Virus record (IMG/VR): IMGVR_UViG_3300025422_000007
Span: 1-30,637 of that record
DNA: 30,637 nt
Source: a virus
Taxonomy: Duplodnaviria > Caudoviricetes
Direction: 5' to 3' (one strand)
Under the pieces are notes generated by a model. That model did no database searches. It had not been told where the DNA came from and was given only the letters and a program-made list of their open reading frames with translations. Below, piece after piece: positions 1-9,644 of the stretch. The number at the start of each line of letters is the position of its first letter. Positions within the stretch are counted from its first letter, which is position 1. Both the position numbers and the translations under genes were made by a program.

Positions 1-1
1 C

Positions 2-922
2 TACCGGGTCAAGAGCGTAATTTACGACGCCGTTGAGCCCCACCTGGTGCTAGAGCCCATCTCCACGTACTCGGGGACGGCCCTCACCCCGGTCACGTTC
101 GCCGACGGCGACTTTGAGTATGCCGTCTACCCGACGATCTCGGGTTCGACCCTGCCTGGTACGGGAGGTGACGAAGGCCAGATGGACCTCCGGCCTACAC
201 AGGCGAGGGACCCGATCTCCAAGTCCTTTGACGGCAACCAGTTTTCCGTGCAGCCCTTCTCGTACAAGGTCATCCGCCCGTCCGGCCTCTACACGAACGA
301 AGCCCTCGACCTTGTCCTGATGATCCGGGAGAGGATGCTGTCCATCATCGAGATGTTCCGGGCGATGCTCAACGGGAGAAAGTACGGGAACTTCTACGTT
401 TTCCAGCGGGATGAGCACATCATCGACGTGGGGCACCCGACGGACTTTGAGGACGGGATGGGAGTCCTGTCCAACGCCTACCTGCAATCCCTAGTCGGCG
501 AGGTGGACTTCCAGCCCTACCTGAACAACTCGGGCTGCCTGTCCATGCTGGACCGCAGGTTCTGGATCCACGACAGCAAGTTGGACAGCTTGACGGGTGT
601 GGGTGACGGGTTCTCTATGCAGTTGCTGTCCCAAGCGCCTCCGGGACCCCCGGCTCCGGTGCCCTACACGGCCTATACAGACACATCCCCAGGCGGTGGT
701 GGCGAAGTGCTGCCCGTCGAACCCGAGAGGGTTGATCTTGTGCTGGATACGTCCGACAAGTTCCGCCCTGTCCGGTACGTCTGGTTGGCCTACCGCACCC
801 ACAAGGTACTCGGCACCATCGCATCCCTCCGGCGCTTCGACGAGGAGCTACCGGAACGGCTGGCGGAGGCCGAGCGTCTGATCTTGCTGGAGGAAACGGT
901 GGAGGGAGTGAGCGATGAGTAA
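2..922 (+). CDS. Hypothetical virion structural protein, C-terminal part (5'-truncated by the window edge)
   Basis: The frame is open from position 2 (YRVKSVIYDAVEPHLVLE...), so the GTG at 47 in the ORF track is probably not the true start. Codon usage is GC3-rich, the stop is TAA at 920-922, and it overlaps the next gene by 8 nt. Confidence 0.8.
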   Translation, partial: YRVKSVIYDAVEPHLVLEPISTYSGTALTPVTFADGDFEYAVYPTISGSTLPGTGGDEGQMDLRPTQARDPISKSFDGNQFSVQPFSYKVIRPSGLYTNEALDLVLMIRERMLSIIEMFRAMLNGRKYGNFYVFQRDEHIIDVGHPTDFEDGMGVLSNAYLQSLVGEVDFQPYLNNSGCLSMLDRRFWIHDSKLDSLTGVGDGFSMQLLSQAPPGPPAPVPYTAYTDTSPGGGGEVLPVEPERVDLVLDTSDKFRPVRYVWLAYRTHKVLGTIASLRRFDEELPERLAEAERLILLEETVEGVSDE

Positions 923-1151
923 TCCTACCCTTGAAGAGATCCGGGCCAAGTTGAAGGCCGACGGGATCGACATTGGGTCCTGGGGTGAGCAAGACGCCAA
1001 GCTCGTCGGTTCCGGTGCCTTGAAGGGACAGGTGGACATGCTGTTCCGGCTGAAGTCCATCCTGGAGGGGGCCCTGGACGACGACATCAAGAAGGTGGCC
1101 GCCCTGCGTGACCAGCAAGTCCGACTCCAAAGGGGCGGTGGAGGTGCCTGA
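915..1151 (+). CDS. Small (78 aa) helical/coiled-coil hypothetical protein
   Basis: GGAGGGAG ribosome-binding site just upstream. It fills the gap between two large genes with overlapping junctions at both ends (ATGAGTAA and TGATG). The C-terminal half has a heptad-like pattern. Confidence 0.75.
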   Translation: MSNPTLEEIRAKLKADGIDIGSWGEQDAKLVGSGALKGQVDMLFRLKSILEGALDDDIKKVAALRDQQVRLQRGGGGA

Positions 1152-4054
1152 TGGCTGATGGTGAGTGGGGGACAATCCAGTTAGCTGTCCCGGATTTTCT
1201 GGAAGACCTCCGGGAGACGATCAACTCCGTCGCCGAGGTACTGATCACAGCCCTCGACGTGGCCTTGGCCGCCCTGCGTCTAGCTAAGGCGTTCCTGGTC
1301 GCCTTCTTGGATCCCATCGCCGCTCTGGTTAAGGCCATCGCAGATGAGATCCGGGCCTTGATCCATGACCTTCGGCAGTTGGGGATCTACATTACAGGCG
1401 ACTGGAAGCTGATGAATTACCCCTACGATGATCTCGTAGGTGGGTTCGCTGAGTACGAGCGCCGGATGATTGCACGGTTGACGGACACCACGGACCCGAC
1501 ACGCCCGGACGTGACCAGCAGAACTGAGGTCCTGAGCGTTTTCTTCTACCTGTCCGTGGACATCTCGGACATTCAGAGGCTCATCAAGTTCATCAAGCAG
1601 TTGATCTCGTACTTCAACCAGACCTACAGCGACGCCTCTGGGCCGCCTGTCCCGTTCATCACGAGCCTCAAGTACGGCCTGGACGCTGCTGAGACCAGCA
1701 ACATCCTCCAGTTCGGGGACATCGGGTCGTTCTTCACCTTGGAGAGCACACCGCCCAACGTGGCACAGGTGGCGTGGAAGGTTCCTGCGGTCAATAAGAA
1801 GAACCCCTTGATGCCCTTCCCGCCGCTTCCGCCTGGTGGGTTCCTGGTCACGGTGTCGACCATCAAGGACGGCCTTCCCCTCGTGTACGACCGCCCCAGG
1901 GCCGCCGGAGGGACAGAGGATACAGGCAGCAGTGGCCAAGCACAGCCAAGAGAGTTCGGCCAGGTCCGTGACATCGACGGGCGGCCCATCGTGTTGCACG
2001 GCGGAACAGCCATGCTCTCCTTGGATGACGCCTTGGCCTACAATGCCAACATCGACGGCGGTAAGGTCAAGAACGGGGTGACCCGGATCTACGCCAAGCT
2101 CCCGGACAACAGTGTCGTGCCCCTGGAGGAGTTGTACAAGGAAGGCAGCTACGTCCTTCAGCGATCCTTCTTTGTGCCTCTTTCGGCGTCACTGACACAG
2201 TGGGCCATGGGAGAGTACTCCGAACTGCTCAAGTGGGAGGACATGCCGTGGCACGCCACCCCCAAGATGGATGCGGCGACGGGCCTAGTGACCCTGGAGG
2301 TAGAAGATAAGCCCGCAGGGCTGGTGTACGTGAGGATAGCCGCCACGTCCGTGTCCAATGCCCCCGAGGATAGCGCAGGCGGGTTCCGGTATGATTTGCC
2401 GGAGTTCGGCAAGGTCAAGGATGCCCCGAAGCTCCCCGTCGTTCCGACCGTGGACTCCGAGTTTCTCGTGTCGTCCTACTCAGACGCCAGGACGGTGACC
2501 TTCCCGACGGCGTACTCAGAGGAGTACCTCAACGCCTTGCGGACAGCCTTGATGATCCTGTTCCTGACCCGCCCGGACCTGGTTCCCCTCGATCAGTTGG
2601 ACAGCACGCTGACAGCGGACACGAAGAAGGCCATCGAGCAGGGCACACAGATCATCAGTGGGGTGGTCAAGAACCGGCGTGGGTTGGAGAAACTCCAACA
2701 TCTCAACGGGTTGCTGTACCCTGAGTACCGCAAGAAGGTCGAGGAGAAGGACCTCTCCCCGTTGGATTTCCGCACGGACCTGCTCCAGCAGATCGACCGG
2801 GCGGCTCAGGACATCTACTCCAAGACCGGGCCGATGCCCGAAGCTGAGAAGGCCATCGTGGAGGCCACAGAGAACCTCCGCACCGTCACATGGGCAGACA
2901 TCTTCAAAGAGGTCCACCCCGAGTTGGCCCCGGGCATTCCTCAGTTGACCGGCCTCTTGCGCCCCCTGGAGTCCTTGCAAGACAACAACAGGAACACGGG
3001 GCTGGCGATCAACCCGTACAGCATGGACATCAACGAGGAGATCGTCGGGGACCTGTTCACGCCGACGCTGAAGTTCGAGAGTCCGCCGACCATCTTCTAC
3101 GACCGGGACCCCGACATGCTGGTAGCTACCCTCGGCGTGGGGGACACCTCATTCAAGCTCCCCATGGCCGTTGAGGCTGATGATGTGGAGGAGTTCCTTG
3201 CGACCGTGTCCCGCTCCGTGCTGGGTGCGTATGAGAAGAGCGTCCAGGAGGACGGTTCCATCCTGGTCGACCCCAAGTTCGGCCCCTACCTGTCACGGAT
3301 CGGTGGGTTTGAGAGCGTGGAGGGGTCCGCTGACGTGTCCCCCGTGTTCGTGGTCAACCGCCATGTGCTTGAGGACTATGACAATCTGGAGGTGGCGACC
3401 CGGCCTTTCGGCATCTGCTACGTGCGGGGGCTCCTGGCCAAGTACCAGGGAGGGATTCTGTACCAGGAGGCCGCCATGGCCCTTGGGGTTGCAGCGTCCG
3501 CTATTCGCCGGTCGCCGGAGGACGGGGAATGGATCGCAATCCGGTTCCTGGACCAGTACCCGGCCATCGAAGAGTTCCTGACCGTGTTCCAGAACTGGAT
3601 CGAGGCCATCGCCAAGTCGCTGAAGTCCGTGCTGGACACGTTGCTCAAGTACATCGAGTTCATCGAGGCCCGGATCATCGAGCTTCAGCAACTGATCAAG
3701 CGGATCAACGCCATCATCCAGGCTCTGCTGGGCTACTCCTTCAAGATCCCGAAGTGTTCGGCCCTGGCGCTGGTGTCCGACGGGACGGGAGGGGTCCTTT
3801 CGGAACTCGTGTCGGCGAAGAATAAGCCCTCAGACGGTCCCCTGGCTTACGGTGCGGGCTTGGCTGTGGTGATCCCGTATGGACCCGCCATCGCCATGGA
3901 TATGATTCGGATGCTCCTGGATACAGAGGAGGGTGAGCCCGGGGAGGGCGAGACCATGTCCAGCCAGGACAGCTTGCCCGCTCCGATCTTCAGTGTGGAC
4001 GCCATCCCCGAGAACGTTCCGATCCCGCCGACGGAACCCCCTGATGTGTTGTAG
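1151..4054 (+). CDS. 967-aa hypothetical tail/baseplate-associated protein with related amphipathic helical domains at both ends
   Basis: Long ORF with a GGAGGT RBS at 1140-1145 and TGATG coupling. The N- and C-terminal helical bundles both start DGEW. Function is inferred only from context. Confidence 0.8.
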   Translation: MADGEWGTIQLAVPDFLEDLRETINSVAEVLITALDVALAALRLAKAFLVAFLDPIAALVKAIADEIRALIHDLRQLGIYITGDWKLMNYPYDDLVGGFAEYERRMIARLTDTTDPTRPDVTSRTEVLSVFFYLSVDISDIQRLIKFIKQLISYFNQTYSDASGPPVPFITSLKYGLDAAETSNILQFGDIGSFFTLESTPPNVAQVAWKVPAVNKKNPLMPFPPLPPGGFLVTVSTIKDGLPLVYDRPRAAGGTEDTGSSGQAQPREFGQVRDIDGRPIVLHGGTAMLSLDDALAYNANIDGGKVKNGVTRIYAKLPDNSVVPLEELYKEGSYVLQRSFFVPLSASLTQWAMGEYSELLKWEDMPWHATPKMDAATGLVTLEVEDKPAGLVYVRIAATSVSNAPEDSAGGFRYDLPEFGKVKDAPKLPVVPTVDSEFLVSSYSDARTVTFPTAYSEEYLNALRTALMILFLTRPDLVPLDQLDSTLTADTKKAIEQGTQIISGVVKNRRGLEKLQHLNGLLYPEYRKKVEEKDLSPLDFRTDLLQQIDRAAQDIYSKTGPMPEAEKAIVEATENLRTVTWADIFKEVHPELAPGIPQLTGLLRPLESLQDNNRNTGLAINPYSMDINEEIVGDLFTPTLKFESPPTIFYDRDPDMLVATLGVGDTSFKLPMAVEADDVEEFLATVSRSVLGAYEKSVQEDGSILVDPKFGPYLSRIGGFESVEGSADVSPVFVVNRHVLEDYDNLEVATRPFGICYVRGLLAKYQGGILYQEAAMALGVAASAIRRSPEDGEWIAIRFLDQYPAIEEFLTVFQNWIEAIAKSLKSVLDTLLKYIEFIEARIIELQQLIKRINAIIQALLGYSFKIPKCSALALVSDGTGGVLSELVSAKNKPSDGPLAYGAGLAVVIPYGPAIAMDMIRMLLDTEEGEPGEGETMSSQDSLPAPIFSVDAIPENVPIPPTEPPDVL

Positions 4055-4063
4055 GAGGTAGGC

Positions 4064-4954
4064 ATGGCGTCTTTTGCCAAGATGGGGGTGTGGCCGGTTG
4101 GCTACTTCCGTTCCTACTCAAGCTGGTTGCTTAGGAACCGCCGTGAGGTGGCTGCCAGAATCGCAACCATCAACGCCGAGGTGATCCGTATCGGCATGGT
4201 GACCGTGTCCTACCAGACGGAGAAGGACGCAGAGGGCAATATCCGGGCGACCGAGGACCGTGCAGGGTTCACTGTGACCAAGAACTCCTCCTTGGAGCGC
4301 CTCATCCGGGCCTACGTGGCACAGGGCGGCAACCCGACGGACATCTCCCCGTTCCTGCACCCGGACGCCACGGAAGTGATCGAAGAGAAAGAGGACGGCA
4401 CGTTCATCGTGTCCGAGAAGTACCCCTACGGCGGCATCATCGCCCCCAGGTCCGTTGACACCAATGACCCCGTCCCCAAGCAGGGGGAGCGCACGGGGTA
4501 CGAACAGGGCTCCGGCGGTATGCCCCGGCACAGTGGTTACGCCCCGGCCCGACAGGGTGGCCGGATCGACCGTGGAGCCTACGATTCCAACACGATTGTC
4601 CGGTACATGCACCAGATGAGAGCCTGGGCCAACCAGACCATCAAGGAGCGGGTGCAGGACATTGAGTGGCGGATCATCAAGCTCTGTGACCTTCGGGAAC
4701 AGTTGGAGCGGGAACGGGATGACGTGTTGATGCAGGCGTTCGGCGGGGCGCTCATCGGGCTGTCCACGTTCGATGAGGACAGGTTTACGCCCTCCTTCAG
4801 AGTGCAGAGCATGGTGCAGGACATGTACGAGGTGCTCTATGAAAAGGACGCCGACGGATTCGTGTCAAACTTTAAGGCACGGCAGGACCTGTCCTTCCTA
4901 CGGTTCACGTTCGAGGATACGGGGTCCGAGACCATGCGTGACTCGAAGGGGTGA
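4064..4954 (+). CDS. 296-aa hypothetical protein with coiled-coil segments, probably structural
   Basis: GGAGGT RBS at 4054-4059. Heptad-like stretches RREVAARIATINAEVIRI and IKERVQDIEWRIIKLCDLREQLERERD. Confidence 0.8.
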   Translation: MASFAKMGVWPVGYFRSYSSWLLRNRREVAARIATINAEVIRIGMVTVSYQTEKDAEGNIRATEDRAGFTVTKNSSLERLIRAYVAQGGNPTDISPFLHPDATEVIEEKEDGTFIVSEKYPYGGIIAPRSVDTNDPVPKQGERTGYEQGSGGMPRHSGYAPARQGGRIDRGAYDSNTIVRYMHQMRAWANQTIKERVQDIEWRIIKLCDLREQLERERDDVLMQAFGGALIGLSTFDEDRFTPSFRVQSMVQDMYEVLYEKDADGFVSNFKARQDLSFLRFTFEDTGSETMRDSKG

Positions 4955-4966
4955 GCCGGTGTCCTG

Positions 4967-4988
4967 CCTATACCATGCCCTCAATGAG
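4967..4988 (+). promoter_or_regulatory. Candidate phage late-promoter motif, copy 1 (CCTATA-N11-ATGAG)
   Basis: Lies in the 50-nt intergenic gap. The same two blocks and spacing occur at 11016, 18430 and 26575. Confidence 0.6.
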
Positions 4989-5004
4989 ACCCGTGGGGTA
5001 ACGC

Positions 5005-6198
5005 ATGAGTCGTGACGTACAACTGGCATGGCACTGTCCGCACTTGACCCTAGAGGAAAACGTAGCTCTAGGCACAGACCGGGTGTCTCTTCCGACGAAA
5101 CAGCCCGTCGGCGGAGCCGGAACAGTGCGGATCGTGGCCAACGACGAACTGGTCATCCCGCAGAGCGGCCTGTACGTGTCGGCCCAGTTATTCAGTTCCG
5201 AGTCCGGCCCCTACGACCTGACGGCCAACGAGGACACCCTCACGGTAGAGACGCCTCGGGGCAGCGAGTCAGTCGGCTTCGGTACGTCCAACGTACAGCG
5301 GCTGACCGCCGACCAGGTTGTTCAGTACCTGTTGCGCCAGCAGTTTACCGTGGCCCTCCCTGAGAGCATCAACGGGCACCTCGTGTTCACGGACACCTCC
5401 AGGGTTGGGATCGACTCCTTCGTCAAGGTGACGGGCACGGCGGCCAAAAGCCTCGGGTTCGGCACGCCCTCCAAGGTGGGAAACTGCGCCGGGACAGGTA
5501 CGGCGTGGCGGGCGTCAGGACGGAGGCTATACCCTGGCTGGACGCTCCAGGTGCGCCCGGACACGATCACGAACAGGTATCCCATATTCAACGAGCCGGT
5601 ACGGACGAACCCGACCTTTGCGGTGTCCTACACGGTCCCACCACAGCGTTGTCTACGCTGTGGGGCGTCCTACGTTGAGAACGATTACAGGTACGACCTG
5701 GCAGGGCAGACGCTCATGATTGAGAATGAGTCCCTCCTGTACCAGGCCGTCATGAAGATCCTGCTGACGGACAGGGGCTCCAACCCCTATTTCCCTTGGT
5801 ACGGGTCGCAGATTAGTTCCCGAATTGGGAGCAAGGCTCTAGGCGGAGTGGCGTCCCTTTTGAATGAGGACGTGAGGCGGGCCCTGGCACGCTATCAGAC
5901 GCTCCAAGAGTCACAGAGCAAGTACCAGTCGGTGACGTTCAAGGAGCGGCTCTACGCCGTCCTGGGCGTCCGTGTGGCCCCGCACGAGCAGGACCCCACG
6001 ACGTTCCTGTTGGATGTGACCGTCCAGAACGCTGCTGCGGAGCCCATCAACCTTCCCATCGTGTTCACGGTGCCGGGGGTGGTGGCGACAATGGGGTCCA
6101 ACGGGCTGATGCTAGGGCAACAAGCCGCCGGGTTGGCCGAGAAGGACGTGGTTAACATCCCGAACTCGGCTGTGGCCCAGATTAACGGGGGCAGATAA
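5005..6198 (+). CDS. Baseplate wedge protein, gp25/GPW-like C-terminal domain with a long N-terminal extension
   Basis: The C-terminal LYQAVMKILLTDRGSNPYFPWYGSQI...VRRAL...ERLYAVLGVRV...FLLDVTV matches the gp25 pattern (Q-x-I-x-x-IL-x-T-x-x-G...P-x-YG-S). It lies directly upstream of a baseplate J-like gene. Confidence 0.8.
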   Translation: MSRDVQLAWHCPHLTLEENVALGTDRVSLPTKQPVGGAGTVRIVANDELVIPQSGLYVSAQLFSSESGPYDLTANEDTLTVETPRGSESVGFGTSNVQRLTADQVVQYLLRQQFTVALPESINGHLVFTDTSRVGIDSFVKVTGTAAKSLGFGTPSKVGNCAGTGTAWRASGRRLYPGWTLQVRPDTITNRYPIFNEPVRTNPTFAVSYTVPPQRCLRCGASYVENDYRYDLAGQTLMIENESLLYQAVMKILLTDRGSNPYFPWYGSQISSRIGSKALGGVASLLNEDVRRALARYQTLQESQSKYQSVTFKERLYAVLGVRVAPHEQDPTTFLLDVTVQNAAAEPINLPIVFTVPGVVATMGSNGLMLGQQAAGLAEKDVVNIPNSAVAQINGGR

Positions 6199-9100
6199 TG
6201 GCGACACCCAAGTTCTTGGGCCCGGATGGGGTGCTGCGTGAGGAGTTCATCTTCACGACAGACATTTCCTCCCGGTTCTTCACAGGCACGATGGACGCCC
6301 TCACGGTGGACATGCAGGTCTCCGTGCGAGGGGCCGCCTTTACCTCTGACCCGGACATGATCCTGTTCGAGGGGACCTCGTTCACCGTCCCGAACCCGTC
6401 GGCGTACCCCAACGGCTTGAACCTGTTGCCCGGTAGCAACACCGTGCTCGTTCGCTCCATCCTCTCCAGCGGGTCGACAACGAACCCGGCGTCGGCGGAG
6501 GCCATTCTGTCCCTCGACCGGGACGTACAGGCCCTGGTCATCGCACCCTCGGGCATCTACGTGGAACGGGGCGACCGCATCATCACCGTTCATGTGGACG
6601 GCATCGACGACAGCAACGTCGTGGGCTATCACTTCTACGCCTCTGTGTCTCCTGGCGGTGGAACGACCGGCTACTACCGGCTCAACACCGAGATGGTCTC
6701 GACCGGGGACATCGTAGAGGACACCAGCACCCTCGGCGAACTGACCGTCGATTCCACGGTGGCGACCAACCTGGATGGGTCCGCAGCAGCCGACCCGCTT
6801 TACTTCCGGGTGCAGGGCACGCAGGTCGACAAGTTCAACGCTCCTATCGAGGCGGACTACAACGAGGTCATCGGCATCCCTGAGACGGTGAGTCGGTTCA
6901 AGACCACCCTCCAGGTGGACGCCATCAGCCAGATCACCCGGTATTCGTTCACGCACGACAGGCGCTCTACGTCTACGTCCTCGCAGAACCCGGCCATCCC
7001 GAACTCGGAGTTCCTGGCCATCCCGGAGACGGATCCCCTGTACTACGTTGTCACAGCGGTCTACCTGATCAATGGGGCGGAGTACGAGTCCGTTTTCAGC
7101 CCCGAGGTGGCGGCAGACCCGATCATCGTGACCCCGGCGATCACGCAGCTTCCCGTAGTCACACACCAGCAGATCGTGCAGGACACGGTGCTCTCCATCT
7201 ACAGGACGCAGCCCGAGTTGGACGTGAAGCCGGGAACAGTCCTGCGGGACACCTTCATCGAGCCCTTCGCCACGGAGGCCGAGCGGATCCGGTTCATCAT
7301 CGGGTTCTTGCAGGCGGCCCAGTCGTTCGCCACCTTGCTGGCCATTGACGACCCCGGTAACACGGGAGACCCCATCCCGGTCACGCAGTCGGCCTACAAG
7401 CTGGCGTTGAAGCAGTCGTTCTACTTGCGGACGGACATCGACGTCCAGAACATGATCAATAACGCCTTCGACCAGTTGGCGTCCCGCAGGGGCGTTATCC
7501 GGCACACAGGGTCCAGGGCACGGGGAGAGTTGGCGTGTTTCACGACAGCCCGCCCCAACACGACCCGTACTGTTGTCATCGGACAGAAGGCTCAGGGCGG
7601 GTCAGCGAGCTTCAGGGCTACCTCTTCGGGTGAGATCACCCCGTCCGGTGCGGGGTCCTCTTACGACCCCGCCACGGGCCGGTATTCGATCACCGTGTTC
7701 ATCCAGGCGGAGCAGCCCGGAACCGCAGGGAACCTGGCGGCGGGTCAGATCAACACCATGGTGGACGGCCCTCCTGGTGTGCTTTGCGCCAACAGCGCCG
7801 CCACGTTCGGTGGCCGGGACGAAGAGTCGAACCGGGAGCTTGCAGTCCGGGCCGACGGCCTCCTGTCCTCTGTGGATTCGGGTCGGTACCGCGGTTACAC
7901 GCAGATCGCCATCGACACGCCGGGGGTCCTCCAGGTCAACGTCGTAGACGCCGGACACCCGCTCATGCAGCGGGACTGGGACACGGACCTCCAGCGGCAC
8001 ACGGGCGGCAAAGTGGACGTCTGGGTCCGGGGGCAGAACCTGGCCACGGTGACCGACAGCTTCGCCTTCAGCTTTGAGATCGTGCAGGCGGCTGACAGGT
8101 ACGGCCAGTTTGAGCCCGTGGGGAACATCCAGAACCTCAAGTTCCGGGCGGTCAACCCGAGCCTGACGACCGACAACCCCCTCATCGAGATGCTGGACAA
8201 GCCCACCTGGGATTTCCAGTTCACGGACGAGACGACGGGCCGGGTGTTCGACCTTACGGACGTGACGATCATCCCGCCGGACGGCATCCAACTGTCCTCC
8301 GCCTACAATGACCCGGCCAACGTCAGCGTCACGGACGTGTTCCGTGGGGCCTACCGCTATCGCACGAGCGACCGCTACGTGTTCCCCCGTCAGCCGGTGA
8401 GCGACGTTCTGTCCTTGCAGGGGGGCGTGACGGGGGTTGTGTCCTCTACAGCGTACAAGCTCTACCCGGGCGGCTACCCGTTGGGCTTGGGCCGATCCAC
8501 AGAGGCCGGGGACTACCTGAAGGTCATCGACCCCATCACAGGGGCGGCGGACCTGACCGTCCCCTCCGGGGAGCCTATCGAGGTGTCTGGGGAGTCCCAC
8601 GTTGTGCTGGAGGGCACCGAGTACCTCAACAACCTGGGCATCAACCCGCTGACGGTGGCGATCTACACAGTGGACAGGGTGACGGAGTTCACGAGTCCCT
8701 TGGATCCCGACGGGGACCCCGACTACACGTTCGTGCCAGAGAGCGGCGACAACCCGCTTGGGTTCATCCTGACCCCCAATTCCAGGATCTCCTCGGGAGA
8801 TACCGTTGTCGTGGACTACAGCCACGACGAGAACTTCGTTGTGACCTACCGCACCAACTCCATCGTGTCCGTTGTGCAGGGTGAGGTGGACGACGAGCGC
8901 CACATCACGGCGGACGTTGTGACGAAGGAAGCGATCTCGGTGGGCGTGGACATCGCAGCGACCATCGTAATGACGAAGGGCAGCGTTCAGAGCACGGTCG
9001 ACGGCCTGGTCAGGACCGCCCTGGGCCGCCTCTTCGGGGCCTTGTCTTTGGGCCAACCCGTCCGCATGTCCGACGTGATCAACGTCATCGACGCCGTGGC

Positions 9101-9644
9101 CGGTGTGTCCTACGTCAACCTTCCGCTCATTGAGGTGGCCAAGACTGATGGCTCCCTGGTTGTCCGGGAGGAGATCCCGACGGCGGACGCCGCCAACTGG
9201 ACGAAGATCGAGGGCTGGTCGAGCGACGTCAGGTCGGTCTACATCCTGGAGACCCCGCTGGAGTCCGGCACGATGAACTCAGGCGGAGAGAGCAACGACG
9301 TGAAGGGCGTGTTCGGGAGCGATGACCCGTTCACCCTGTACGAGACGGCCCCCAACTACAACGGCATCCCGGTCAAGAACGCCGACTACGGGGCCTACAT
9401 CATCGGCAACGATGGCGTGGACATCCCCGGATATACAGGGGAAACGTCCCGACGCATCCTGGTGTGCCTCCCGGCCAGCGAGGATCCTTCGTCCCGTGAG
9501 TACACGGTGACGTACACGGTCTACTCGGACAGCGGGGTCCAGAACATCGAGCCCGGGCCGACGGAGTACCTTGTCCTCGGCGACCTGGAGTTCGCCTACG
9601 ACGAGGACACGGACTACAAGGCACGAGTAACGGGGGCTGACTGA
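6198..9644 (+). CDS. Baseplate J/gp47-like protein, enlarged (1148 aa), with N-terminal Ig/FN3-like domains
   Basis: Typical J motifs are present: LDVKPGTVLRD, DQLASRRGVIRHTGSRARG, IQAEQPGTAGNLAAGQI, FGGRDEESNRELAVR, GKVDVWV and LSLGQPVRMSDVINVIDAVAGVSYV. TAATG coupling to the upstream gene. Confidence 0.9.
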   Translation: MATPKFLGPDGVLREEFIFTTDISSRFFTGTMDALTVDMQVSVRGAAFTSDPDMILFEGTSFTVPNPSAYPNGLNLLPGSNTVLVRSILSSGSTTNPASAEAILSLDRDVQALVIAPSGIYVERGDRIITVHVDGIDDSNVVGYHFYASVSPGGGTTGYYRLNTEMVSTGDIVEDTSTLGELTVDSTVATNLDGSAAADPLYFRVQGTQVDKFNAPIEADYNEVIGIPETVSRFKTTLQVDAISQITRYSFTHDRRSTSTSSQNPAIPNSEFLAIPETDPLYYVVTAVYLINGAEYESVFSPEVAADPIIVTPAITQLPVVTHQQIVQDTVLSIYRTQPELDVKPGTVLRDTFIEPFATEAERIRFIIGFLQAAQSFATLLAIDDPGNTGDPIPVTQSAYKLALKQSFYLRTDIDVQNMINNAFDQLASRRGVIRHTGSRARGELACFTTARPNTTRTVVIGQKAQGGSASFRATSSGEITPSGAGSSYDPATGRYSITVFIQAEQPGTAGNLAAGQINTMVDGPPGVLCANSAATFGGRDEESNRELAVRADGLLSSVDSGRYRGYTQIAIDTPGVLQVNVVDAGHPLMQRDWDTDLQRHTGGKVDVWVRGQNLATVTDSFAFSFEIVQAADRYGQFEPVGNIQNLKFRAVNPSLTTDNPLIEMLDKPTWDFQFTDETTGRVFDLTDVTIIPPDGIQLSSAYNDPANVSVTDVFRGAYRYRTSDRYVFPRQPVSDVLSLQGGVTGVVSSTAYKLYPGGYPLGLGRSTEAGDYLKVIDPITGAADLTVPSGEPIEVSGESHVVLEGTEYLNNLGINPLTVAIYTVDRVTEFTSPLDPDGDPDYTFVPESGDNPLGFILTPNSRISSGDTVVVDYSHDENFVVTYRTNSIVSVVQGEVDDERHITADVVTKEAISVGVDIAATIVMTKGSVQSTVDGLVRTALGRLFGALSLGQPVRMSDVINVIDAVAGVSYVNLPLIEVAKTDGSLVVREEIPTADAANWTKIEGWSSDVRSVYILETPLESGTMNSGGESNDVKGVFGSDDPFTLYETAPNYNGIPVKNADYGAYIIGNDGVDIPGYTGETSRRILVCLPASEDPSSREYTVTYTVYSDSGVQNIEPGPTEYLVLGDLEFAYDEDTDYKARVTGAD

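Noticed and set aside
47-49. GTG start of the first ORF as given in the track
   Set aside because: The frame is open back to position 2 and there is no RBS before 47, so the gene starts upstream of the window.
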